From Raillietiella orientalis (taxonomy: Eukaryota), in NCBI GenBank assembly GCA_036172245.1, contig JAYWIR010000027.1, forward strand, positions 868,001 through 932,000: a stretch of 64,000 nucleotides of DNA. The letters are read 5' to 3'. Position 1 is the first letter of the stretch. Each line of letters begins with the position of its first letter. Positions 32,762 to 45,700 of this stretch are shown here, in pieces. The notes under the pieces were generated by a model, which worked only from the letters and a program-made list of their open reading frames with translations, was not told where the DNA came from and ran no database searches. A program made the translations under genes and the position numbers.

Positions 32762-35487
32762 ATGAAGACCAAATCACCACAGAATAAGGTCAAAGATGTA
32801 TTGTTTTGTGATAGCATTCATCTTCTAACTGAATATCATGAAAAGCAATGCGATAAACTTTTAAAACGAATTTCAATAGAATGGCACAGCAGTGGAATAT
32901 CAGGATATAGAAAGGTACAGAGTTCAGACAAAACAGATTTTGCTCGTTATTTGTAGTTTCATTCGTTTTTCTTCAAGGAGTTATATGTTAGTTTGACAGA
33001 TGAAAACGACCCATGTTTTTTCTACGTTTTGACCCTGACCGAAGAAGATTTTCAAACTGTAAAAGTCGAACAGTGTTTGTTGGTTGACTTTTTATCATTT
33101 CCCCAAAAATTTATCGATCTTTTAAAGTGCTGCATCAGTGAATCCAAGAAAGAAGACCCTCGGTAAGTTTTTAGTGCTTAATGCATGAAGATTATAAATT
33201 GCTTCAAGATTTCAAATTAGATTTTGCTGTGATAAGAGTAATTCCAACAGCATCGGTTTGTTAAACATTGTTGAGGTGAATCAGTTCAAACACTTATGTC
33301 ATCTTTCTCTTAAAGTTTCGAAGGCCTCAGATACAGATGTGAAGTATTATTTATCTGAATATGTATCTGATCTTAAGGTAAACATTGGTTCGAAGCATAA
33401 ATGTGTTTTTTCATTATTTTGCATTCTGAATTATTTATGCTTTCTTTTTGAATTCTAAAACTGAATTAAAGCGGTAAGACCAGCCAGTTATGGCTGGCAG
33501 TTTTTTGTCATTCCTGTTGTTTGTTCATTCCGGATAAGTTCAAATTATTTTTAGTTTTTATGGATATCATGTAATCATGTGGCTAACTGTAATATGATCT
33601 GTTATTTCGTTTATGTTCAAAGGAATGAAATACTTTTGTTCTAAGTATCAATATATTAAATTTATTGAGCAGTATATGAATTTAGTGCAATGATAGTGTA
33701 TAAGTGTATTACTTCATTTCCAAGCTCAAAATGTTTAATGATTTTGGTATTCAAGGTTTTTAACGTTCAGATTTTTAATGCATTCGGCTGTAACGATTAA
33801 CAATTGAAAGTTATCAGTAGGAAAAGTTCTCTTTCCTACAAAGCAAAAGATTTGAAATACAAGTTTCAAATCTTGCATTTGAGATACATTGGAATTGTCC
33901 TGATGAGCAAAAAATATCTGTAGTTGTGTAATCATAAAATATATGATTATCACATGTAAAATCATTGTATGTGGTAGAACACAATTGGGTCATTGACATT
34001 CAGTGCTAAATCTATTTTATTTTAGCAACAAAGATCTTTCTTTTGAATTAGGATAAATATGAAACCTTGGATTCTTTGTATCATCAAACTGAGGCATGCT
34101 TAAATCAGCAGCTAAGTAAACTTAAGGAAGAGTTGCAAAGCAAATGTAAAGAACTAGAAGAAGCTCAGCAGCAACTGCGTGTGAACACAAGTGAATTAGA
34201 CAGTCGCCATGTCAAAGAATTGTCTTCCATAAAGGAACATGCACTGCAAGTGCAGACTGAACTGCAACAGCAGCTTGTTACTCAGCATAAAGAGTTGGAG
34301 TCTCAACACAGCCGTGTGGTGCAACAGCTGGAGGCAAGACTTGCTGGAGCAGAAGTCCAGAACCGAGATCTCTTGGACAAAAAATTCAAATCTGAGTCCC
34401 TTATCCGTGACCTACAGAGTCGATTGTGTTTGATGGAACAGGAATTAAACATGGCTCGCCAGGATTTAACCATGCTTCGTAGAGAGAAGTTGGCTTTGGA
34501 ACATGACTATCACACTAAGGAAAGAGACTACAATCAGGTCAACATGCAAGTTGCAGTGTTGCAGCAAGAGCAGAGGGATAAGGACCAGATGCTGAAAAAA
34601 CAACAAGAATTGTTAAGTTCGGCCCAGGATCACAGAGTAAGTTTTGTGTGATCTCTCAAGGAACACAAAGGGATTAGGTGCATCTGGAAGAACAGCTGTC
34701 TAATCTTCATAGTACATTAAGCCGCAGAGAGGGATCTTTGAAAACTATGGGTCAGGAACTGAGAAAAGGGAATGAGATCATTCAAAAGTTGCAGGAGCAG
34801 ATAAAAACTTTTCATGCCAAGGTTATTGATGGGGAAAGCATGCATCAGTAGTGGTCTGTGTAGATCAAGATGCGTTCTCACATTGCAGCAAAGCAAGAAA
34901 AACTTCTAGTTGAAAAAGAGGAAGAGTTAGCGCAAATGAAAAACGAGTTGCAGCAAGTGCTCAAGAACATGGACCACCTTAAGAGTGAAGTTCAGCAAAA
35001 GCAGAAGTCTCATGAGCAGTTGCAGAAACAGGTGCAAGAGCAAGACAAAGTGTTAAAGGCTAATGAAAACTGTAAGAAACTTCATTTTATTCTTTCCATA
35101 GCTTTGTTTGTAGTGATTAGTTGGCTTAATCGGCAGCTCACTGACTTAGATATGCAGCAACGAGGACGGCCTGTCACTGCTACTCATTCCACTCCTTTAG
35201 GTGATGATTCTGGTGTTGGTGTTGCTTCCAAGACACTGTCTTCCATTAAGGGTACTTCAGGAGAGAGGTGAGCACCACTGTTTAGCTTCTCAATGCTGAT
35301 GAATTGCAGTGGAGGGCTAGATGAAAAATATCAGCGCCCATCAGCTCCAAAGGGTTTGGTGAGGGTAGGCCATGTTTCCAAAGAGGTGAATCGAGGCAAG
35401 TGCATAGTGGGAAAGACCAGCAACTCAAATTTGACGAAACCACCCCATTCTGTTCCACCTCTGTCAGCTGCCTATTTACCTAGATGA
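32762..35487 (+). CDS. SAS-6: Spindle assembly abnormal protein 6 (centriolar cartwheel protein)
   Basis: Exons 32762-32914, 32978-33162, 33209-33377, 34052-34636, 34678-34821, 34864-35071, 35114-35267, 35310-35487. PISA motif [44 protein letters not shown], then [11 protein letters not shown], a long coiled coil, [12 protein letters not shown] and C-terminal SAAYLPR*. Confidence 0.95.
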
Positions 35488-36042
35488 CTATCACCTGCAT
35501 TAGATGGTCAGTGTGAAAAAATTGATATCCAAATGCAGCATAGCAGAACAGTCAGATGCAGGAAAGGGACTTCTTTTCCTAAAACACAGCTACGCTGCCT
35601 CCATAGTGATTTATTACGAACCTTTGCTTGGATGCGTTTCCCTCCACAGGGATGGAATGTGGTACACCATGCGCTCGTCTTTTAAGATAGCCAAACCAGC
35701 CGGTTTTTCCGAGTCATGGAAATAGCAGGAAGCTGAAAAATCACACATTAGAAATAGCTTATTGATGAAGAAGAAATGCCCTACATTTCGCGTTACTGTT
35801 ATTTGGTTCTTGCCTACTTTCGTGACTATATCGCCATTTACATACCTATATGTGTGTGTGTGTGTGTGGGTAGAAGAAAACTTTATGAGTTTTTTTTTTT
35901 TTTCCATGGGCAGTTTCCAGTGGAGCTACCCCACTGCGTAAGTTTCTGTCTCTGTGGTCATGTTGCAATATAGAATCACACAGTCTCGAAAGCTTTCGTT
36001 TCCATGGCCATCGTCGGTGGCTGCCAATGTTTGACGTTGCGA

Positions 36043-36048
36043 AATAAA
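36043..36048 (+). terminator. Probable SAS-6 polyadenylation signal
   Basis: First AATAAA seen downstream of the SAS-6 stop codon. Confidence 0.4.
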
Positions 36049-39000
36049 ATTGTAATTAGTGGAGCATCGGTTTCGTTTGCATTTGGCAACACGTGCCGCC
36101 TACGAAACGCCGGATGACCAGCGTTTCAAACAGCGGGTGACACGAGGAATGAAAAAGACAGCGGCGATAAAGGGGTATCCGGAAGAAAAGGGAGAAAACA
36201 TTCTGGAGGCGGTTCTTTTTTTTTTTTTTTTTTGTTCCTGATGCTGCTCTCAGGGATTAGTTGGGATGTTGGTGAAGCGCTCTGGATATTTGTCACAGGT
36301 TCTATTTGAACAACAAAAAAGCCGGTGCTCCTGGTTTTGAGTTGTTTGCCTTTTTTTTTTTTTTTTTTCCTTTTTTTGCAATTTGTGGAAGGGGCGCGAA
36401 ATCAGGGTCCCGCCCGAACGGTTTGGATGCTGTCAATCACATCGAGACAGCCTTCCAGTTGCGTTCCTTGGAATGCCTTTCGTAATGTGTCGGCTCGTCT
36501 GAATCCATCCATTTTTTGCGTCTGCAAGATCTGGCACCAGGACGGGGAAGGCGGAAGACGACTCCTTCGCCTCTGTGCAGCCAGGAATCGAAGAGGGAGG
36601 GAGTGAAAGGGCCAAACAAGCGTTTCCTTTTTTCTTCTTCCGTTCTTTGGGGGTGCCGAATGCTGTTGGGGCAGATGTCAACGTACAGCTGGAAGATTCG
36701 TGATTAACACATCACGTCGTTCGAACCCACAGGTGAAGGCAGTGCAACGCCTGGGTCTTGCCTACAATGTATTTTGCGCTTTCCGTTGTGTGCATTAGTA
36801 GGGGGGGTCCCGGCATGAGGAGCACAAAAGGCACGCCAGAAAGCGAGGAACGAAATTTTTCAAATGAAGTTATTCAGTGGGCTTTGCGATTCGCTCGCAA
36901 AAAGAGCCTCCAATTTTCCAGTCAGTAGGGATCTGACCGTGGCACACGAGCTGTTCCATTCGTGTTTTCCCATGTGAAAGCTTTAGAAGGAATCTGGGAG
37001 CTTTGGCAGCTCTGTAACCTCAAGCAGGGCAGTTTCAGTTGAGCAAGTATTTCGAGACGAATGTTTGTTTTCCTTTCTCATTTGCATGCAGGGAGCAAGT
37101 GTTAACAACCACTAATCGAGGATGGAAATGTCTCATTGCTGGAAGCGTCGCCTGGAAACCTTCTTGATCGTTCGATGCTCAAGCAGCCTCGGGATTTCTC
37201 AACCTCTGTTCAGATGAGATTGTGATTGGAAATGTCGATTTCGGTTACTGATCCTTCCAGATCGTTTGGGACTAGCAATGAGATGGCTGCTTCGACGAAA
37301 GCAACGAGAGAATGGGTTCAAACACGCGCCATACCGTCTCGGGCATCATGCCAGAGGGCGTGTCTTCCATTAATAAATAGCTTAAAATATTTGGTTACTT
37401 ATGTTCGCAGCTGCAACAAGGAAATTCTTGAATGCCAACTTGCAAGCTGTACAGAAGGCTTGACTCGATGTTTCAGGGTGTTACCATGTTTCTGTTTGGC
37501 CATCGGCACAGATATATTTCGAGATCTTCGAAAGAGAAAATGCCAAGGGACTGATAGAGAAGCCATGGGTGAATAATGACAACGGTACAAACTAGGTATG
37601 CCGTGAGCTAAACCTATTCGTATTTTTGGTAACTATTGGTACAGACCACTGCCAAATTCGCAAACAAAGGTCTAACGACCGCGCTCAGTTGAAAATCCCT
37701 GATCTTAATCTGAAGAGCTCAAAAATCGGTTTGCTGCGGTGACTTTGGCGGTCTTTTTCGAGGGAGGGGTCATTTGAAACCGGAAGTTGAAAGGAATCCT
37801 GCTCTTGACGTTCGAAACCGGCATGACATGATCGGAGAATGTTGTGGCGCTCTGAAATTCCATAAGTCGGCGGGAATCACCGAAGTTAATTCGGTTGTCA
37901 GACAGAGGATCGTAATTGTGGTTATGGAAAGGGAGCGATGTGCTTAAGAATCAGATAACGATCGATGCGAGTTGAGCTTCCGTTCGGCTCTGGCGTCAAG
38001 CTTGAAGAGTTTCAAAACCAGATGGGTTCCCGGACGCTGGATGGGGATGACAGCATGCTTTAAAATGCATCTCGAGGAGCGAAGAGATCTAAGAACGAAG
38101 GGCCTCGTTTTTTTTGGAATAGCGAACGCGTTCCCATCCTACTGATGGAGCCAATGGCGCCAATTGTCGTGCCAAAGTGATCCTTACATCGCCTTCCGCG
38201 GACTTTCGAGAAAACCCTGTAGTTTCCGGCGTCCAGGCTTGGCGCGACCACAGAAACCCCGGCGAAAACCTCACAGGACTTTTTCACTGTTGCCTGCAGT
38301 TGCTTCAGACCTCAGCTGACCATCGACGACGCGAGTGTTACGGGCACGACGGTGCTGCTCCTGATTGGCCGCGTCCCAGCTGTTGGTCGTACTGACGAGG
38401 CCCGCACTTGTGGACACGGCTTCAGGTCACCGTTCTGTTTCGCGTTTTCATCGGTTTCTTTCTTGACGGTTTGTGCAAGAAGCGAACTTGCTTGCGCATG
38501 TCTCTCGGTATAGAGCATTTTTAGAATTCGGTGATAGGTGGTGGAGTAGAGTTATGAGCTGCCCACGACGCTCTTCGCAGGTTGTCTTTTATGTTTCTTG
38601 CGACCGCGTTGTTTATTTACCACGCGTATCCTAAATAACTGACCCGGCTTTGTCTGTAGAAAAAAGAAAAAAAATCGATATTTTACCGCCGAGGCACCGA
38701 ATGTGCTGTGTGTGTCGTTTGTGTTTGGTGATCCTTCCAATAGTTGCACTCGAGGAATTTTTCCGACGGGTCGTGCGAAATCAATGCCCTAGGACATGCA
38801 GTCGTGAAAGTGGGATGTTCCGAAATTCAGATGTCCTGCGGGATCTGCGGGGATGGACCCTACAGGAGATGTCTCGGGCTGGACACTGGGAAGGCTACTC
38901 CGGTCCCGTCCTCTTTGGGTGTTCGCCGCACGGATTTTCAGAGTCCGCACCCTAAGGCGGTCCAGGTCTTCTCCTCTCTCACCGGGCGTGAAGAATCGAT

Positions 39001-39765
39001 GGCGTGGGTCGCTCCCATCCGGGGCATGTCGGTGCGGGGATGGGTGAGGGAGGATAATGGGGGGCTTTCCATTTTTATCGTGCTGTCAAGAGTGGGACGT
39101 TGCTGTTTTCTTTCCTCTCGATGCAGACGCTAGTCCGCAATCGGAGAACGCGGAGGAGGAGGAGGCTCTGTGTGAAGCGCAGCTCTGTCTCATTCAAGCA
39201 GAAGCAAGGAGTGCGCGCTCCGCAGGGGTGGGATCGGACTGCGTCGAAATGGACTACCGAAATGCAGGCGCGAAGCAGCTTCCCACCAGGGCACTCAGGA
39301 CGGTCGATGTTCTGTTAGGAAGAAACGCCGGGAATGTTACGGGGCACCGCGCCCCAGAGCAGGAAGGCGAGGAACTCCGCTCCGAACATGACGGTGTTAG
39401 TAGGGCCCCGCGAAAAGAAAGAAGTGCGGCGGCTTCGGGGAAGTGGTGCCCCCCCTCCCCCCTTCATGCTGAGCGAGTTGCGGAGAATTTCCTGCTGGAC
39501 ATACCGGCTCCAAAAGAGGTATCATCAGCGATGACAACACAACGACTTTCGATCGCAAAAAATTACGCAATAGGAGTCATTAACAATGGCAGCAACGTCA
39601 GCGGAAAACGTGTTTTTCTGTTCCCCCCTCCCTCCTTCCCCTTCCGGTCTTGCAGGAGGCTGAATTTCTTTTGCACTTTCGACGGGGGGAGGCAAGCTCG
39701 GCAGGAGACGATCTCACCCGGGGTTTCGTCCGGGGTGCGAGCGGCCCAGTGGGGGACAGTCCTAC

Positions 39766-42700
39766 CTCTTTTCAACAGTTTCATCCCGTTGAGGTACGGA
39801 TCCTTGCCCCTCTGGCAGTTGCTTCCGGCTTCGGTGATGTAAACTTTGCTCTCTCCTTCCCTCTTCGTCCCCACGAAGCATTCGTAACCTTCGATGTCCT
39901 TCCTCTGCGTGTAGGTGTAAACCAAGTTCTTCTCGGCCCACTGGCCCAGGCACCGGTACTCACGATCTGGAACCACAGACCGATCGGTGAAGGGAATTTC
40001 GGGGTGCGCCCCTCCTCCACCATTGGCCTCAGGGATGGTGGACCCATTAGCGACAGCGGAAGGACATGCTACCTCCTCCCCCCTTTCCTCCTCCTTCTGC
40101 CCGATGGAAGCATTGCCGCGCCTCAACTGGCTCGCGTCCACCCGTTGTTTCCGGAGGGGATGCTGAACAGCTCCTCTGGTCACCTCCGGGTGTTCTGACT
40201 GCGGAATTGCAGTCTCCTCGCAGCTACTCGCGTGCGGATCCAGCGCCCATTTTCCCTTTTCCCTGGTAGGGCGGGAGGAGAAAGTGGGTCGGCGTCAACC
40301 TTCGTCAGAGGATCCGACTGCGTGCCCGACGGCAGGAGGACACAAACGGCAGTGCGCGGCCGCGCGATCCCCTTTCCAAGGTCCGGGAGATCTCCGGAAA
40401 TCGGCCCGTTCCCCCTCGTTTTCGCATCGTCCGGTTTGCCTGGCGGCACTCGCTTGCCGCCTCCGGGGGCGTCGTCTCTCGGCCGGAGAGGCGAGGGGTC
40501 GCCTCGCGAAGGCTAGGACGGACGGATGCGAGAGGATTCCGACCCGCCTCGGTTTCAGAGCAGCCTGGGAAGGGCGAGGCAGACGGACGCGCTAGTCCTT
40601 CGGACCTCAGGAAGGAAGGACAGAGTACGGCAGTGCCTGGGGCGAGGGAAGGGGGGGGAGGCGGGAGGTCCGCGTCGAAGCCGGCCCGCCTCTGGTTGCG
40701 ATGGTCGCATTGCTGCGCGTTGGCGCTCTTACGGCGACATGGGTCGTGCGTCGGCCTCCCCCCCGCCCTCTCCCCCACGCCGGACCGAGGTGACAGCTGG
40801 GCCAAGCGCCGGCGCGCGCCCACGGTACCTAACCCCGTGCCGCATACGGCTCCGTGGACCCACCACGCGCGTGCCCTCCGTGGTGGATGGGCGCAGGTCC
40901 CGGGTTTTTGTTCCTCCGCCGTTTCGAGTCATAGACGCGGCTGTTTCCCGTGAGGCCCCGTGTGCGGAGGGCGGAGACGGGGTTCTCCCGCTTGTCCTCC
41001 AGGTGGTCCCTCCCCGTCCCGAAGACAGAGAGGCGGTTCTTGCGCCCTGGGTTGCTCTCTTGCCCGTGTCTTCCTTCCTTTGTCCGGACAACTCCGCGTC
41101 TCGCCTGGACGAGGTGTTCTGTTAGGTGGAGGATGGGACGAAGACGTCTGGGGAACGATGGCAGCGTTCCCGCGTCTATCTGCTGGCCATCCGGTTCCCG
41201 GGGCCGTTCCTCTCGGGACCGAGGCAAGGCGGCAGTCCTGGAACTGATGGGTTCGTTCCGATGCCGAGTCGACGATTCGAGAAGGGGCAACGCGGGGATC
41301 TCGCCGCTGGCTCTGCGGCCTGCCCGTCCCTTCTTCTCCTTGCCCGAGGACGCGCGCGGGAGCAGGCGCAAGCGTCGACCGGAGAGTCCCATTCGGCCCC
41401 TGGGGCGATCCCGCTCCTTTGACTGCCACCCTGCCCTGCCCCGTGGAGCCCGTGGAGCTCCGGGGAGCAGCGGGTGCCACCGCCGAATTCGCAACCGTCC
41501 GAAGGTGCCGCAGAGCAAGCCAAGAAGCCCGCGGAGCAGCCGGCGACCGAGTGCTCATGGGCAGGCCGGGGGCTTCCGCCCTCCTCCGCGAGACATCACG
41601 CGCGTCCTCATTCGCAAGGGGGAATGCTCGCATCCTGTTCTTTTCCAGAGGTCCCCCATCTCCCCTTCCATCCCCTATATGTCGGTCCGGTGTATCTTGG
41701 GATTCCCCCTGCCTTGAAGAATCGGTCCGCTGCGTGTCGAACTCTGCGAGTTTTGTTCGAAATCCCGAAAGATCTCAAAAGTAAGTACTTAAAATCTTAA
41801 AAATAAATGTATATTGTATATTAATATACTTAATATACAGTATGAAAATTAAATGTATATATATATGTGTGCTCATGTATATTAACGTATATTTATGCGT
41901 ATGCATAAACATGCAATGGGTATATTCATATCGTATTACGAACATAAATATTTATCGAGCGATCAAAATCCCGAAAACGGAATTCATCAATTGTAGGAGA
42001 GAATTTTGTTTCTCGAGTGCTGGAAATGATGAAATGAAAGATTTGTTTTTTGCTTTTTTAATTTATTTGCTCTTTTATTTTTTCTCCACCATTTTTAATT
42101 GTTTTCCTATTTTTTATAATTCGATATCTATCTATGCTTATTTATTATATGTAGCTTTGCTCAAGGGCAATATCATAGTCAAAGGCGGAAACGGAGACCC
42201 CATTATTGCTAGTTAAGAATTAGTACATATATGTAAATGTGTATTCATGTACGGAAGAAATAAATAATAAACATATGTGTTTATTTTTTATAATCTTGAC
42301 TGTATATTTCAATAGTATATATTAATACATCGTTTTAGTTATACTAACCCTTTGAGTGCTATGGATGCATAGATGCGTCCTACAAAAACTATCGGCGTGG
42401 ACTGTGGACGTTTACTGTCTATGGGTTTGGCAAGTGCTTTCACATTGTACACGTGGCACAAATTAGCACTATTCGTGTTTGAGGTGGACGACGCATCCAC
42501 TCACGTTCTTACAGTTCCCTTGGCAACGACAGTAAACGACATTCTATTTATATATCGGCCAGCGATTTCTCTCGGTGTGGCATGTAATTTGTTATGCCGT
42601 TTTTCATCTTTGCGATGTCTTGAAAAATGTGAAAGAATGATTGATTTCTTATTATCTTCTTATTTTCTAATTATCTTATAATCATAATGATAATTTTTAA

Positions 42701-45700
42701 ATAAGTAATATGTGTTTGGGAAAAATAGAAATATTCCATTTAATGTGGTGTAAATAAACAATTACAATGAATGAGCACTTTATGTCAGTCGGTACTTCGA
42801 TGGAGCACGCGGTGCTCGAAAAAGCGTTCCGTGCAACCGCGACTCGTGTGCCGCCAGCACGGAACGTCAAAATCTGATGAGCTTCGCACCCAAAGGGTTA
42901 ATAAATATATATGGTAGAATGCATATTAATGTTTGTAATAAACACCTGTGTTTATTTTTACGATCTTTCAGGATTTTGATCGGCACCGGAAGCGTGCGGT
43001 GGATGCACGGGTGAATGAAGGGATGAGCAAACACGTGTGTACGATACACGCATGCGCCCGCGCTTGTACTGAAAGACGACGTCGGTGCAGAAGAACGAAT
43101 GTCCTCAAGCGGGAACCGCGAAACCGAGCCAGTTCTTTGAAGCCAGATGGATCGCTTGAGATGAGTCCACCCAAAGAAAGCAGAGATTCAGCTGCCCGGG
43201 AGGCAAGGGGGGGAAGCTGGGATAGGGAGAGATTCCTTCCCTGCGGCAGGAGTATCCTGCCTAGGTCGACCCTCTCCTTAGTCGCTGGAGGCAGGGGCTG
43301 AAGCCAACCCTTCGCCCGGGGAGAGCTTCGCCACCTCCGTTTTTCGCCTTCTCTTCGATCGCTCCGAGACCTTGCAGGCTCCAGAAGACCGGGGAGGGCA
43401 ATTTCGAATGCTGGCCAGCAACGGCGAATTTCAGCAGTCTTCCGCGACCACCGTCCTCATTCGGAGCGGCGCGACACGCTGGAGGGGGAATTCTCCATCT
43501 CTCGTTCCATTCGCACATTCTTGGCTCTTTCCCTTCCCCTTCCGAAGTTTTCCACGACTGCCTGTTCCTCCTGGGGCTTCACCTCGGATCAGTCCCAGGT
43601 GGACGCGCTGCAGTTCCCGAAGTCGGCCCAGCGACTGGGGTGGCTGTGGTTTTTTTCCTGGGGGCTTTTCTCACGTTCCGAGGTCTGACTGGCAGAGCCT
43701 TCCGACCTGTAGATTCGAAGGAGGGAAAATTTCACCCATTCGCGCCCCAGTTTTCCTTCACCCCCAGCGAATGGAGCACGGACACCTTTGTTCGTCTTTC
43801 TTCCACCCCACCTCCCTCTCAAGTCGCGAAACCCTGACTTCTGGCCCCTCTCTGTGGCTTCTTGCCCGAGAGGATGAGAACCAATCGCATGCTGCTTCCC
43901 GCCTCCCAGGGTTCGTCGTTCACCCGGCTTTCTCCTCCGGACGGTCCAGCCCACCTTCCTTTTTCCCTTTGTCGTGGGTACGCTCTCCTGGGAGACTGCA
44001 GCACTGCTGATGGGAACGCGTTGCTACTGCGACGGTGGATCCTCGCGGCAGACTGTTCCTCTCGCGTCCGTCGCTGCAGAGGGGTTTGCACGAGGGTCGA
44101 GGCAGGGATTCCGTCTCCTGTGGGAGAGGTGCGCCAGCTTGCGCACGCAGGAGGGTTCGGGAAGCTCCCGCCTGGAGCCGCCGCCGACCGGCGCAGATCT
44201 CGGCGACACGGCAAACAGCGCAGGTTCTCCGGAAACGCTCTATCTCTTCCCTTCCGGCGCTCCGGACCAAAAGGCTGCCGCTGCCTACTCGCGGCTGCTC
44301 GTCGGTTCGCATGACGGCGTTGGACGTGTCTACTGGCGTCGCCGCGAATCCGCGCGCTTTCCGGAGTTCCTTGCGATGCGGACGCGGCTGGTTGGAAGAG
44401 CGGTCGTTAAACCAGAGCGCCATCGTAAGGAGCCCTCAGATCGCTGCTTGCGGACTCGCCTTCACGCTGCCGGTGCCCTCGTCCTAGCGCACGGCCACCT
44501 TTCGGCGCGTCTGTCCTTCTCGCCTGTGTACGTATCTGGTGTGGACAGGGTAGAATCGGCCACCGCGCGTGCCGCCGCACTGGGACTGCTGAGCGGCCGT
44601 CCCGACTACTCAGCAGCCCTGCGAAGGGCTTGGTTGCCCTTCGGAACTCATCAGGATCTTTGATACGGGATGCTTATCACGAGACCCACACTCCTTCGTA
44701 AGGTTGGTCCAGATGGCGAATCCGAAGACTCATTTCGGTACGAAGTCTGGACGAAACCAGCTGCACATGGAGTCTCTTCTTCGAGTCGGGGGCCTTCCCT
44801 CTCGACAAGCGCGTATCCATGACGACGGCTTCAGCTCCGATACCTTGGGAGAGGCATGAACGCACGAAGTGCTAGGATGTGAAGCGGTTGGCAACCCTTC
44901 TGGTCGCTTTTTCTGTCGCTCCCCAACTCATTGAGACTATTTTTCTGGCCTTGTTTCTACGTTGGTCCCAGCGATAACTCCGCTTAGTTCTTGTTCTCCC
45001 AGGTAGTGCCTCTTCTTCTTTGGCTTCACTGACGTGCCTCTGTTTATGCTGGCGGCCCCTAGCCCGATCCTCCCGTTCTACTGTTGCCGGTTGTCATTTG
45101 CCCCCACCTGTGCAAGCAACGGCTTCATCACTCACGCTTTTTCCCTGGCCTAAGTGGGGCCTTTAGGTCACGGTGCCTTGGACAGTTCGTTGCGCTCGTG
45201 CTCGTTTGGACTGCGCCATCTGCGGTTCCCCGCAGGCTCCTCACAGCTCTCATACCTAACCCGTGAGCTTGGTCTGAGCGGTGACCCTCTTTCCACAAAG
45301 AGTGCAGCGCCAACGGTAAAAATGGATGTGTACTCCTGAGCATTATGGGAAAAGGACTCTGTCCCCACATGTCTCTGTGGTCGGCAGTTGTTACGTTCAT
45401 GGTTTGGTCTCCAGTCTCATTTGGGAGAGAGATGCGGCCCGGAGCACCCTCCTTGCTTCCGTGGAGACTAGAAGTCGAATCACGGAGGAACAGCCTCCGG
45501 TGCAGCCTAGTTTCTAGGCGCCTCCTTCGCCCCGCCTCTGCCTGAAACGGGGCGAAGACGCGTGCTACCTCGAAGCCGACTCGGTGAGCTTGCGAACGAA
45601 ACCATGTTCACGGAAGGAGGCGAGTCGAAAAAAGAATAATCTCAAGAAGATGCTCCCCTCTTCCCTCCCATCCTTCGTTCGCTTGCTAAGAGGAGCGGAG

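Noticed and set aside
39057..39842. 261-aa + strand ORF (…KNYAIGVINNG…)
   Set aside because: No recognisable family and it partly overlaps a real - strand exon; cannot be distinguished from chance.
44677..44865. - strand match LRTEMSLRI to the orphan-family RxEVSxxI block
   Set aside because: No other family block follows in that frame; it illustrates the false-positive risk of by-eye motif matching.
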